Virus record (IMG/VR): IMGVR_UViG_3300024221_000009
Coordinates: 1 to 64,000 of that record
DNA: 64,000 nucleotides
Reading direction: 5' to 3' (one strand)
Source: a virus
Shown: piece by piece, positions 1 through 9,148 of the stretch
Numbering within the stretch: the stretch's first letter is position 1
Layout of the letters: every line of letters begins with the position of its first letter
Made by a program: the position numbers and the translations under genes
Notes under the pieces: generated by a model
Database searches by the model: none
Told to the model about the DNA's origin: nothing
Seen by the model: the letters and a program-made list of their open reading frames with translations, nothing else

Positions 1-197
1 TTTATGTCCATCACATGGAAATAGATTCAATGTTTGATTTTATTAATCAAAGAATATCTAGTCCTCCAGAGTATTGGATTAATCCTAAAGATTTACCAGG
101 GAGTATTACTGGTGGATTTTTAGAAGTTTTTGTAGATTACGACACTTACACATCAATCAGAGAAGTATCAGAACATTCTAATTGGTCTGATCTATAA
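1..197 (+). CDS. 3' part of hypothetical protein (frame open to window edge)
   Basis: The frame of ORF 15..197 stays open upstream to position 3, so the gene probably starts before the window. Confidence 0.5.
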   Translation, partial: YVHHMEIDSMFDFINQRISSPPEYWINPKDLPGSITGGFLEVFVDYDTYTSIREVSEHSNWSDL

Positions 198-236
198 TAT
201 CTACTATATTCATAGAGATATAATCTATAGCCTAGG

Positions 237-264
237 GAAACTTTTATATTTAAATGAATATAAT
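237..264 (+). promoter_or_regulatory. GAAAC-N17-TATAAT promoter (class II)
   Basis: GAAAC 237-241, 17-nt spacer, TATAAT 259-264; same geometry at 5188, 9928 and 50323. Confidence 0.7.
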
Positions 265-270
265 AAGTGT

Positions 271-519
271 ATGGCAAAGAGAAAAGAAAACAAAGTTAAG
301 CACATTTTTGTAAAGAAACCCAAAATAGGTTCTAAATACTATTTTGATTTCGCAGGTGGCTGGGAATATGGAGAGCTTATAGCTGAATCTGAAAAGTTAA
401 CTGATCATTATGGCCATAATTGGTATTTATTACAAAATAAAAGCCAATCAAATAGGTATATAAAATATCCAGTATCTATTTATAATCTTAGAAATAATAA
501 AGAGGAAACTAAAAAATAA
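271..519 (+). CDS. hypothetical protein (82 aa)
   Basis: ORF directly behind a class II promoter. Confidence 0.7.
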   Translation: MAKRKENKVKHIFVKKPKIGSKYYFDFAGGWEYGELIAESEKLTDHYGHNWYLLQNKSQSNRYIKYPVSIYNLRNNKEETKK

Positions 520-523
520 AAAG

Positions 524-1246
524 ATGTATACTTCAACAGAATTAAAAGGAATGTTATTTATAGATATTGAGACAGCATCTCAATATGAGACTTTAAAAGA
601 TCTAAAAAAAGATAAAGAAAGTTTATATGATTTATGGATCGCTAAGGCAAATCAGATAAAATCATTCGAATCCGATAAAGCAGATTTAACTGATCAAGAT
701 ATGTTTAAAAGAACCTCTTCACTTCACCCTGAATTTGGTAAAATAATTACAATATCAATAGGTCAAATTAAATTTGATGAAATCGGAATGCCTGTAAAAA
801 CAAATATAAAATCTTTTTATGGAGATGATGAAATATCTTTGTTAAATGAATTTAATCAAACGATGCAAGCTGTATTTAATCAAAACTCTAGTGTTAAACT
901 AATAGGGCATAACATTAAAAGATTTGATATGCCATGGATTATTAAAAGATGTCTCATCAATGGAATTACACCTATTCACCAATTCCATTTACAGAAACAA
1001 AAACCTTGGGAAAACTGTTTATTAGATACTTTAGAGATTTGGAAATTTGGAGGATATTCTGGAGCATCATTAGACCTTATTTGCAATATATTTAATATTC
1101 CTTCACCTAAAGACGCTATGAAAAATACAGATGTTTCAGAACATTATTGGGGAGGAAGGCTTGAAGATATTAAAAATTATTGTGAAGGAGATGTTTTAGC
1201 GACGATGAATGTCATGTTAAAAATGTCAAATATGCCAATTTTATGA
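524..1246 (+). CDS. PolB-related 3'-5' exonuclease (DnaQ/RNase H-like fold)
   Basis: ExoI FIDIETA, ExoII GHNIKRFD and ExoIII YCEGDV motifs. Confidence 0.85.
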   Translation: MYTSTELKGMLFIDIETASQYETLKDLKKDKESLYDLWIAKANQIKSFESDKADLTDQDMFKRTSSLHPEFGKIITISIGQIKFDEIGMPVKTNIKSFYGDDEISLLNEFNQTMQAVFNQNSSVKLIGHNIKRFDMPWIIKRCLINGITPIHQFHLQKQKPWENCLLDTLEIWKFGGYSGASLDLICNIFNIPSPKDAMKNTDVSEHYWGGRLEDIKNYCEGDVLATMNVMLKMSNMPIL

Positions 1247-2082
1247 AAGTATGGGCCTACGTCATAGCATGGAATGAGGAATTGATGTTACCTTATTACC
1301 TAAGACACTATTCTACATTTTGTGATAAAATAATAGTATACGACAATATGTCAACAGATTCAACGAGAATGATCGCAGAATCGTATGGGGATCTTGTAGA
1401 AGTTGTACCTTTTGACAGTGGAGAAGAGTTTAATGACTATGTTCATATTGAATTAAAGAGAAATAGCTTAAAGAACGCTAAAGGGAATGCTGACTTTGTA
1501 ATATTATGCGATTGTGATGAGTTTGTTTTTCATAAAGATATAAGATCTTTTTTAAATGACAACAAAGATTGTAGTGTATTTTATCCTGCAGGTTTTCAAA
1601 TGATTTCAGATGATTTTCCTAAGGATTTAGAAGGTCAACTTTATGATTATGTTCAGTGGGGAGAACCTAGTCCATGGTATACTAAACCTATGATAATCAA
1701 TTTAAATGTAATAGACGACGTTAATTGGGTTGAAGGTGCACATGAATTAGATCCCAATCTTAATTTAGGTTCTTTTTGGCATCCAGTACCGGAAGATATT
1801 AGACCTATTGGAGAATATAAAGAACATGTTTGGGGAAAATGGCAAAAGATGTGGGAAATATTAGACACATTTAATTCTAAACCTCTTAAAATGCTACATT
1901 ATAAATATTTAGGAGCAGATTATGTATCGAATAGATACAAGTTATATGCTAAAAAAATGAGTAAAGAAAACCATGATAATAATATTGGAATGCATTATGA
2001 GATTATTTTAAAACAAGGAAGTGACGCTATTCAAAAAGAAATAGATGAGATTAAGTTAAAGGCAGTTAGAGTAAAAATATGA
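1243..2082 (+). CDS. GT-A fold glycosyltransferase (family 2-like)
   Basis: AWNEELMLPYYLRHY, YDNMSTD and DxD motif DCDEF. Confidence 0.8.
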   Translation: MKVWAYVIAWNEELMLPYYLRHYSTFCDKIIVYDNMSTDSTRMIAESYGDLVEVVPFDSGEEFNDYVHIELKRNSLKNAKGNADFVILCDCDEFVFHKDIRSFLNDNKDCSVFYPAGFQMISDDFPKDLEGQLYDYVQWGEPSPWYTKPMIINLNVIDDVNWVEGAHELDPNLNLGSFWHPVPEDIRPIGEYKEHVWGKWQKMWEILDTFNSKPLKMLHYKYLGADYVSNRYKLYAKKMSKENHDNNIGMHYEIILKQGSDAIQKEIDEIKLKAVRVKI

Positions 2083-2318
2083 ATATAAATCAAATACTTA
2101 GATCTGGTAAATATGCTGGATATACTATTGGAGAAATATACGCTAAAGATCGAAGGTACATTAACTGGGTTTTAGAAAACAGACCTGAAATGCTCAAAAG
2201 CCATGCAAAAAAACCTAAAGAAACTACATATAAAAAACCGACATACGTAGATCCACCCGATATTCCTAAAGAGAACGTTATCAAAGGAATTTCTCCTAAT
2301 GAAGCCTTTGGATTATAA
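2079..2318 (+). CDS. small protein with exonuclease X C-terminal-like (GKY..G...Y..W) motif
   Basis: SGKYAGYTIGEIYAKDRRYINWVLEN. Confidence 0.5.
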   Translation: MNINQILRSGKYAGYTIGEIYAKDRRYINWVLENRPEMLKSHAKKPKETTYKKPTYVDPPDIPKENVIKGISPNEAFGL

Positions 2319-2344
2319 TTATTTTTAAAATAAATGCACAAATA

Positions 2345-2378
2345 TTTTTTTATGTCGTTTATTTTGCTTATATTAGTA
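2345..2378 (+). promoter_or_regulatory. class I (early, Bacteroidota sigma70-like) promoter
   Basis: TTTTTTTATGTCGTTTATTTTGCTTATATTAGTA; 33/34 identical to 22066-22099; TATATTAG resembles the TAnnTTTG -7 element. Confidence 0.65.
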
Positions 2379-2399
2379 CTATAATTAAAACCATATAAT

Positions 2400-2681
2400 A
2401 TGTACGAAGACGAATTTGAAGATTTTAACTCAGAAGAACATGACGATTTTATGCCATCTGAGATGGATGAACATCTAGAGCTTTTAAAGGATAAATTAGC
2501 TCGTGCTAACTATAATGCTATAGTTAACCAAGGAGTCGATCCTGAAACTACAAACAATATTGATATAATTCAAAAGCTTATTCAAGAAACTATGCAATAT
2601 TTTGAAGATCTTGAAGAATACGAAAAATGTGCAGGATTAAAAAAAGTACTAGACACATTAGAAGAACACGTTAGTATTTAA
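2400..2681 (+). CDS. small acidic protein with C-terminal UVR-like 'EEYEKC' motif (paralogue 1)
   Basis: QYFEDLEEYEKCAGLKKVLD. Confidence 0.6.
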   Translation: MYEDEFEDFNSEEHDDFMPSEMDEHLELLKDKLARANYNAIVNQGVDPETTNNIDIIQKLIQETMQYFEDLEEYEKCAGLKKVLDTLEEHVSI

Positions 2682-2713
2682 TGGATATATAATATAATAT
2701 TAAAATATTAAGC

Positions 2714-2857
2714 ATGGAAGAAAAACAATTAGAAAGAATAGCTAATTCACTAGAAGAAATAGTTATACTTATGAAGAATAAGCAAAAAAGAGAAATAAAC
2801 GAAACTCTTCGTAAAAATAAAAACTCTAAGCCTAGCAAATCTAGTAAAAACATTTAG
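2714..2857 (+). CDS. 47-aa basic protein (below ORF-track cutoff)
   Basis: ATG 2714 to TAG 2857, [24 protein letters not shown]...; fills the gap between a GATATATA motif (2684) and dnaJ. Confidence 0.6.
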   Translation: MEEKQLERIANSLEEIVILMKNKQKREINETLRKNKNSKPSKSSKNI

Positions 2858-2859
2858 AG

Positions 2860-3654
2860 ATGGATCCTTATAGTGTACTTGGTGTAGATAAAAAATCTTC
2901 ACAGGACGACATAAAAAAGGCTTATAGAAAATTAGCAAAGAAACATCATCCTGATAAAAATAATGGTGATGATTCCAGATTCAAAGAAATTGCAGATGCT
3001 TATGAAACTTTAGGAGATTCTAAAAAAAGAAAAGAATATGATTCTATTAATTCTTTTTCTAATTCTGGCTTTTCAGACATTTTCAGTAAATTTAACGGTG
3101 ATTTCTCAAGTATGTTTGACAATGCGTTCGGACAGCAGGCTAAAGGAAATGATGTTACTATTAGAATAAGATTATCTCTATTAGAAGTTTATCATGGTAC
3201 TACTAAATATGTAGAGACTTCAAACCAACAATTCAATATTAAAATTCCAAAAGGCGTTCATGAAAACGCTAAATTAAGAGTTAAAGGAAAAGGAATGCCA
3301 CACCCTGTTAATTCTTCCGCACCGTCTGGAGATGCTATTATAATAATAAACATAATGCCTGATCCTAATATAATAGTTACTAATGGAGATATATGGTTAG
3401 ATTATGAACTTCCATTTTATGATTTATTATTAGGAGGTGTTTTTGAAATCAATACAGGGTTTAATGATGTTAAAATTAAAGTTCCAAAAAATTCTCAAGA
3501 AAATAAAGTTTTAAGAATAAAGGGCATGGGATTTCCGATATATAATACTAATCAGTATGGTAATTTGATGATTAAGCTAAGATCTTCAAAAATAACAATG
3601 ACTGATGAGCAATTAGAACATATTAAAAAAATTAAAGAATTAAATAATGGATAG
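2860..3654 (+). CDS. dnaJ: DnaJ/CbpA-type co-chaperone (J domain + C-terminal domain, no Zn finger)
   Basis: DPYSVLGV...[14 protein letters not shown] domain; LRVKGKG and LRIKGMG C-terminal repeats. Confidence 0.92.
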   Translation: MDPYSVLGVDKKSSQDDIKKAYRKLAKKHHPDKNNGDDSRFKEIADAYETLGDSKKRKEYDSINSFSNSGFSDIFSKFNGDFSSMFDNAFGQQAKGNDVTIRIRLSLLEVYHGTTKYVETSNQQFNIKIPKGVHENAKLRVKGKGMPHPVNSSAPSGDAIIIINIMPDPNIIVTNGDIWLDYELPFYDLLLGGVFEINTGFNDVKIKVPKNSQENKVLRIKGMGFPIYNTNQYGNLMIKLRSSKITMTDEQLEHIKKIKELNNG

Positions 3655-3907
3655 TTTAGAAGATTTTCCAGATTTTTCAGAAGAAAGCAACTGCAACCTT
3701 GAGAGTTTACAAGAAAATTCAAAGGTTACTATGATGAATATGATCTATAACGCGATTATGAGTAATGAAGATAGAGCAATAGGAAGTGATACTTCTCCAA
3801 GCGAAAAAGTAGAAGCTCTTAATAATATAATAGATTTTTTCGTAAGCTGTGAAGAATATGAAAAGTGTTCTAATATTAAAAAAATCATCGATAAAATACA
3901 ATGCTAA
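3647..3907 (+). CDS. small protein with UVR-like 'EEYEKC' motif (paralogue 2)
   Basis: [20 protein letters not shown]. Confidence 0.6.
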   Translation: MDSLEDFPDFSEESNCNLESLQENSKVTMMNMIYNAIMSNEDRAIGSDTSPSEKVEALNNIIDFFVSCEEYEKCSNIKKIIDKIQC

Positions 3908-4089
3908 AGATAGAGGTTAAAAAAGGAAATATCGAACAAGCTCTTAAATCTTATAAATATAAGGTAAACAGAACTAAGCAAAGACAAGCAATCAACGAAA
4001 AGAAAGAATATACAAAACCATCTGTCACCAAACGCAGAAAAATTCAAAAAGCAAAGTATATTCAAAAGAAATCTGAAGACAATTCTTAG
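3901..4089 (+). CDS. rpsU: phage-encoded ribosomal protein bS21
   Basis: 62 aa, basic; NIEQALK.YK.K...EYTKPSVTKR..IQKAKYIQ is the bS21 pattern, with a Bacteroidota-like KAxY C-terminus. Confidence 0.88.
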   Translation: MLKIEVKKGNIEQALKSYKYKVNRTKQRQAINEKKEYTKPSVTKRRKIQKAKYIQKKSEDNS

Positions 4090-4211
4090 CAGCTTTAGAT
4101 TATAATATCATTATATTTTTTTTACTGGATTGGAACGTTTCTCAACCGTTCCGGGTATATATAAAAAGTAAAGTATTACATAATACATTACGTTAAAAAC
4201 ATTAACAAGAA

Positions 4212-4469
4212 ATGAAAGATATATTAGGAGAAGATAGAGACTCTTTAATGAGATCTTCTTATTATACCATTACTAGAAATTTTACAAAGACCGTGAATAG
4301 GTTTATTGTATTTAAAGAAGGTAATGACATTATTGAAATACCACATGGTATCGGGCAAAGATCTGATTTCATAGACATTCTTGTTGAATACTTCGAAAAA
4401 CTTGAAGAATATGAAAAGTGTGATAAGCTAATGAAATTAAGAGAACTTGTTATGATGGCAGGTAACTAA
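4212..4469 (+). CDS. small protein with UVR-like 'EEYEKC' motif (paralogue 3)
   Basis: EYFEKLEEYEKCDKLMKLRE. Confidence 0.6.
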   Translation: MKDILGEDRDSLMRSSYYTITRNFTKTVNRFIVFKEGNDIIEIPHGIGQRSDFIDILVEYFEKLEEYEKCDKLMKLRELVMMAGN

Positions 4470-4483
4470 AAATAAAATAAAAT

Positions 4484-5188
4484 ATGAGCAATAATTCTGA
4501 CAATAAAAATAGTAGGGTAAATAGAAACAAAATAAATGTTAAACCTGAAAATATCAGAGTGCAATTAAGACAATCACAACAAAAATACGTTCAAAAAATA
4601 TTAGAGAACGACATAACATTCTGCCAAGGGCCAGCAGGAACTTCAAAAACATTCACGGCCTGTTATGCTGCATTAAAGCTATTTGCAGATAAAAAAATTA
4701 AAAACATAATTCTTTGTAAACCAATACAAGAAGCTGGTGAAAAATTAGGATTTTTACCAGGGGATGTTAGCGATAAAATAGATCCATACATGCAATCTTA
4801 TATAACTAATCTAAATAAGATTATAGGACACGCAACAACAGAACAATTAGTAGAATCTGAAATTATACAATTTAGACCAATGGCCTTTATGAGAGGAGAT
4901 ACGTTTGACGATTCTTTAATGATTTTAGATGAAGCCCAGAACGCGACCTTTAAGCAGTTAATGTTATTCGTTACGAGAATGGGTAAAGGATCTAAGGTTA
5001 TTGTTACTGGTGATGTTAGTCAATATGATATTGCAAAAAACAATATAGGTTTAGAAAAATTCACTGACTTGATGGAAGGTATTAAAGGTATTGGAAATCA
5101 TATTTTCACAGAAAAAGATATAGTACGTGCAAAAATATTAAAGGACGTTGTAAAGAGATACGACAAGTGGAAATTAGAAAATGAGTAG
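4484..5188 (+). CDS. phoH: PhoH-family ATPase
   Basis: GPAGTSKT, GEKLGFLPG, MRGDTF, ILDEAQN, TRMG, TGDVSQYD. Confidence 0.93.
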   Translation: MSNNSDNKNSRVNRNKINVKPENIRVQLRQSQQKYVQKILENDITFCQGPAGTSKTFTACYAALKLFADKKIKNIILCKPIQEAGEKLGFLPGDVSDKIDPYMQSYITNLNKIIGHATTEQLVESEIIQFRPMAFMRGDTFDDSLMILDEAQNATFKQLMLFVTRMGKGSKVIVTGDVSQYDIAKNNIGLEKFTDLMEGIKGIGNHIFTEKDIVRAKILKDVVKRYDKWKLENE

Positions 5189-5215
5189 AAACAAATGATA
5201 AATCTTTAGTATAAT
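5188..5215 (+). promoter_or_regulatory. GAAAC-N17-TATAAT promoter (class II)
   Basis: GAAAC 5188-5192, TATAAT 5210-5215. Confidence 0.7.
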
Positions 5216-5231
5216 ACCTAAAGGTTTTAAT

Positions 5232-5870
5232 ATGTCAACACAAATTTTACTTAAAGGTTCTTATAATAACGACTCCAGTATTTTAGAGGTAGGAATCGAC
5301 GAAGCAGGTAGAGGAGCACTTGCAGGACCAGTCACAGTTTCTGCAGTTATAATGCCACATGGATTTTCACATCCTTTAATTAAAGATTCTAAATTACTTA
5401 ATGAGTCTCAGCGCAAAGAAGCTAGAGAAATAGTTATAGAAACAGCTATAGCGTATTCAGTTGTACATATTGATATTAATCAAATAGAAAATACAAATAT
5501 TCTTAGAGCAACTTTAAAAGGAATGAACGACTCTTTATTTGAATTAAATAAAAATTCAAATGATTTTGATTTTATATTAGTAGATGGCGATCAATTCCAC
5601 GGATATGAAGGTATACCATTTAAAACAATAGTGGGTGGAGATAATAAATATACATCAATCGCTGCAGCATCAATATTGGCTAAAACCGGAAGAGATGCAT
5701 TAATGAAAAAACTTAGCGAAATAGAAGAGTTCGAACAGTATGGTTGGAATTCAAATAAAGGATATGGAACAAAACAACATATTACTGCGATCAAAGAAGG
5801 AGGACCAACAGAACATCACAGGCCTAGTTTTATTTCTCATATATTAACAACCACAGGACAATTATTCTAA
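5232..5870 (+). CDS. rnhB: ribonuclease HII
   Basis: GIDEAGRGALAGPV, DSK, VDG, SIAAASILAK, NKGYGT, HRPSF. Confidence 0.95.
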   Translation: MSTQILLKGSYNNDSSILEVGIDEAGRGALAGPVTVSAVIMPHGFSHPLIKDSKLLNESQRKEAREIVIETAIAYSVVHIDINQIENTNILRATLKGMNDSLFELNKNSNDFDFILVDGDQFHGYEGIPFKTIVGGDNKYTSIAAASILAKTGRDALMKKLSEIEEFEQYGWNSNKGYGTKQHITAIKEGGPTEHHRPSFISHILTTTGQLF

Positions 5871-6214
5871 TGCGTAATTTAATTATCGGGACCCTTCTTT
5901 TTACATTAGGGCAATCATTGATTTGGATTCAAACAAACGGACAGTTTATTTGGCCATGGTTTAAGAAAAATCCATGGTTAATTAGTTTTGGTTTTGGAGG
6001 AATTATAAGTTATATTCTAATTAGAGCCACTGCGTTTGTTGCTTCATATTATGAAGGACTATTATGGCCAGGTAGATTTATAGGTTTTTCAACCGGTATT
6101 TTTATATTTACTTTTATGACTTATTATTTTATGAAAGAAGGAATAAATATTAAAACAGCTATTTCCTTAGTGTTAGCATTTGCTTTAATAAGTGTACAGC
6201 TTTTCTGGAAATAA
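5870..6214 (+). CDS. small membrane protein, about 4 TM helices (SMR/DMT-like size and topology)
   Basis: Four hydrophobic segments in 114 aa; ends ...YFMKEGINIKTAISLVLA. Confidence 0.55.
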   Translation: MRNLIIGTLLFTLGQSLIWIQTNGQFIWPWFKKNPWLISFGFGGIISYILIRATAFVASYYEGLLWPGRFIGFSTGIFIFTFMTYYFMKEGINIKTAISLVLAFALISVQLFWK

Positions 6215-6249
6215 ATTGTTAATAACTTTTGAAAATAAATTCCCAAACA

Positions 6250-6290
6250 TTTTTTTGTTTGGGTTTTTTTGTTTATATTAGTAGTATAAT
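6250..6290 (+). promoter_or_regulatory. class I promoter
   Basis: T-tract...TTTGTTTATATTAGTAGTATAAT; TATATTAG at 6274-6281. Confidence 0.55.
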
Positions 6291-6306
6291 TAAAACAGAT
6301 AAAGTT

Positions 6307-6531
6307 ATGATTAGATCAAAAAAAACTAAATCCGAAATTGTAATCGACCTGACAGGTCCAGATGGAAATGCATTTGCCCTTATGGGTTATGCTAAAAGTT
6401 TTGGTAAGCAAGTTGGTATGAGTGAGTCTTATATCAAGGATATGTTAGATAGAATGATGAGTTCAGATTATGAAAACTTAATTAAGGTTTTTGATGATGA
6501 ATTTGGTTCTGTTGTAATTTTAGAAAGATAA
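6307..6531 (+). CDS. conserved small phage protein (IDLTGPDGNAF type); start revised from 6229
   Basis: ATG 6307 lies just after the class I promoter; the 6229 TTG extension runs across the promoter. Confidence 0.7.
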   Translation: MIRSKKTKSEIVIDLTGPDGNAFALMGYAKSFGKQVGMSESYIKDMLDRMMSSDYENLIKVFDDEFGSVVILER

Positions 6532-6543
6532 TTCGAAAAAAAT

Positions 6544-6590
6544 GCATAAAAGTTTTTTTATCCCAACTATTATGCTTATATTTAACTATA
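6544..6590 (+). promoter_or_regulatory. class I promoter
   Basis: GCATAAAAGTTTTTTTAT...TGCTTATATTTA, same architecture as 2345 and 22066. Confidence 0.55.
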
Positions 6591-6607
6591 ACAAAAAAAC
6601 GTAAAAC

Positions 6608-7021
6608 ATGACAAATTTTAAATTCAATGCAAGTGAAATAGTTTGTAACGGAATTACAGGCGGAGCAGCACAGCTTTTAACTCAAGAAAATTATCAAACA
6701 TTATCAGCCTTTTTGAAAACACATTTTATGATGGCTTCAAAAAAACAAATCTTAGAGGAACTACAAGACTCTGATCAATTACAAGATAATTGGCATATTG
6801 GTTCAAGAGTAGAAGACAATGATAAGATTTTAACAAGAATGGCAAGCGGCTTATGGGACTATTCAATTAATATATTTAAAGGAGAAAAACACTTAGCTGA
6901 AATGTGGATGAACGCACAGGTAAACAACATGACAGCAAAAGATATTATTACAGTTTTAGAATCTGCTTTAATGGATTGTGCAACAGCAGATCACTGGTAT
7001 ACTTTTGAAAAAGAATATTAA
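6608..7021 (+). CDS. hypothetical protein (137 aa)
   Basis: ORF behind a class I promoter, A-rich start context. Confidence 0.7.
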   Translation: MTNFKFNASEIVCNGITGGAAQLLTQENYQTLSAFLKTHFMMASKKQILEELQDSDQLQDNWHIGSRVEDNDKILTRMASGLWDYSINIFKGEKHLAEMWMNAQVNNMTAKDIITVLESALMDCATADHWYTFEKEY

Positions 7022-7026
7022 AAAAT

Positions 7027-7260
7027 ATGAAATTATCTATGGATGATCGAGTTAATAGGATTATTAACTCTGACAAAATAGTTTATTTAGAAGACATGAC
7101 TGTACATTCAGTAAACTCTGTAGAAACCGTAGGAAAAGATCTTCTTTTTGTTAACACAGGTTCAGGTCTATTATTTCAAGACACAGATGTAATGACACTC
7201 GAGGAAGCATGTGACGCAGAAAGATTCGTAAACAAAATAAAAAAACAATGTAAAATATAA
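7027..7260 (+). CDS. hypothetical protein (77 aa)
   Basis: ORF packed between neighbours. Confidence 0.6.
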   Translation: MKLSMDDRVNRIINSDKIVYLEDMTVHSVNSVETVGKDLLFVNTGSGLLFQDTDVMTLEEACDAERFVNKIKKQCKI

Positions 7261-7263
7261 TAT

Positions 7264-8187
7264 ATGGCACAAGTAAATTTAGGGTACTGTTGTATCAATC
7301 TCACATTACAAGAAAAAGAAGGTATCAAAATCGGTAGATCTATGATCAAGCGAACGTTTCAAGCAAAAGGCATCAAATACGCTGGTGAATTAGCTGAAGC
7401 AAATGTTCGTGATATGATTGAAATTATTAAATGGAATAAAAAGAAAGGTATCAATATCTATCGTATGTCTAGTTCTATGTTCCCTTGGATGAGTGAGTAT
7501 GAGCTAACTGATTTACCTAATTGGAAAACAATCAAAAACTTATTAAAAGGCGCAGGTACTCTTGCACAATCATATAATCAAAGAGTTGGTTTTCACCCAG
7601 GTCAGTTTTGTGTATTACCAAGCCCTACTCAAAAGGTTGTTGAAACTACAATACGAGAATTAAATCAACATGCATTTATTATGGATACGATGGGACTACC
7701 TCAAAACCACACATATTCTATGAATATACATGTAGGTGGTTCATACGGCGATAAAGAATCTGCAAAGCAAAGATTTATAGATAACTTTAAAAGACTTGGT
7801 GATTCTGCAAAAGCAAGACTTGTTCTAGAAAACGATGACAAGCCAGCACAGTATTCAGTTCAAGATCTATACGAGATATATGAACAAATAGGTACTCCAA
7901 TTACTTTTGATTATCACCACCATAGATGCTATGAAGATCCAATGCCTGAAGAAGATGCTCTTCGACTTGCTTCAAAAACTTGGCCAAAAGGAATTCGACA
8001 ACTATGTCACTATTCATCATCCAAAAAGCTACATGAAGACGCTAGTGTTATTATCAGAGCACATGCTGATTATGTTTATGAAAAGATAGAAACATATAAC
8101 ATGGATCTAGATATTGAACTAGAAGTAAAAGCAAAAGAACTTGCATTAATCAAATATCAAAAAGACTACGAATTAGTCCTAAGTTAA
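7264..8187 (+). CDS. uvsE: UV-damage endonuclease (UvsE/UvdE)
   Basis: LGYCC, YRMSS, FHPGQF, NIHVGG, LENDD, FDYHHH, HYSSS, AHAD, EVKAKE. Confidence 0.93.
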   Translation: MAQVNLGYCCINLTLQEKEGIKIGRSMIKRTFQAKGIKYAGELAEANVRDMIEIIKWNKKKGINIYRMSSSMFPWMSEYELTDLPNWKTIKNLLKGAGTLAQSYNQRVGFHPGQFCVLPSPTQKVVETTIRELNQHAFIMDTMGLPQNHTYSMNIHVGGSYGDKESAKQRFIDNFKRLGDSAKARLVLENDDKPAQYSVQDLYEIYEQIGTPITFDYHHHRCYEDPMPEEDALRLASKTWPKGIRQLCHYSSSKKLHEDASVIIRAHADYVYEKIETYNMDLDIELEVKAKELALIKYQKDYELVLS

Positions 8188-8202
8188 ATGAATATATAAC
8201 CT

Positions 8203-8742
8203 ATGAAGTTTATAAAAACATTTGAAGATTGGAACAATGTTTCACCTGAATTAAAAGCTCACATCGAAGAAGGATTAGATCTTACTAATTCATTCTTTCG
8301 TTTAGGAAGTGATGCATATTCTAAATTGTTTGAAGAAGTAAAACAATACTGGGATAAAAACAATATAATATTAAAAGGTCCTTCAGGATGGATGGCTAAA
8401 AATTTAGACGTAGGTACTTCAGCATTATATACTCCACGTGGCGGTAAAACTATTAAAGTTAAATTAGACTCTCCAGAAAGAGGAGGTAAAAAGAAATTTA
8501 TAGTATATAGAGACGGAGGAAGAAAAGATAAAGAAGGAAACATTCTTGCAAAGAAAGTAGAATGGGGAGATCCTAATCTTTCTGTAAAAAACGATGATCC
8601 TGGAAAGGCTGCTAGTTTTTGGGCAAGACATGGATGTGATAAAGCAGCTAAAATGGATCCTATGAAAGCAGGATTCTGGGCATGTTATGGGCCTACATTA
8701 TTTGGAAAACAACTTGGCTTAAAAAGTGATCAACCATGGTAG
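8203..8742 (+). CDS. conserved phage protein (F.ARH.C...FW.C type) with capsid-targeting-like N-terminus
   Basis: MKFIKTFEDW start; KKVEWGDP...SFWARHGCD...AGFWAC. Confidence 0.6.
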   Translation: MKFIKTFEDWNNVSPELKAHIEEGLDLTNSFFRLGSDAYSKLFEEVKQYWDKNNIILKGPSGWMAKNLDVGTSALYTPRGGKTIKVKLDSPERGGKKKFIVYRDGGRKDKEGNILAKKVEWGDPNLSVKNDDPGKAASFWARHGCDKAAKMDPMKAGFWACYGPTLFGKQLGLKSDQPW

Positions 8743-9086
8743 AAAAAGATTGCAAATGTAAATCATGTAAATGTAAAGACATGACAATGGATGAAATGAT
8801 ATCTATGATAGATGATCAGACATTACCTTTTACAGAGACAATCGTTTCAGAAAATGAAATCATAAGAGAATTTAAAGAAAAATATCCAGACCACTTATAT
8901 AAATGGCACAGTGATCCTGAAGATAGACTTATTAAAGTATTAGAAGACTCCGATTGGAAATTTCAATATGACAATGAGATACCAACTCCATTACTTACAG
9001 GGATTGATATTAAAATACCGAAAGGAACAATTCATAGAATTATACCAGGTAAATCTCAACTAAAAATACTTATAAAAAAGAATTAA
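8736..9086 (+). CDS. cupin-like protein
   Basis: WHSDPEDR...WKFQYD...IPKGTIHRI. Confidence 0.55.
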   Translation: MVEKDCKCKSCKCKDMTMDEMISMIDDQTLPFTETIVSENEIIREFKEKYPDHLYKWHSDPEDRLIKVLEDSDWKFQYDNEIPTPLLTGIDIKIPKGTIHRIIPGKSQLKILIKKN

Positions 9087-9148
9087 AAATCAACAATATA
9101 ATATAGATATATAATCTAATAATAAAAAACAATAATTTTTAACATATT

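Noticed and set aside
4132-4152. Hairpin GGAACGTTT-ctc-AACCGTTCC after rpsU as a terminator or ncRNA
   Set aside because: The stem exists but has no downstream U-tract on either strand; function cannot be supported
4625-4655. PhoH Walker A variant GPAGTSKT as a sign of inactivation
   Set aside because: The catalytic Lys-Thr and all other PhoH motifs are intact; a single substitution is not enough evidence
6229-6306. TTG-initiated N-terminal extension of ORF 6229-6531
   Set aside because: It translates a promoter T-tract; ATG 6307 is the plausible start
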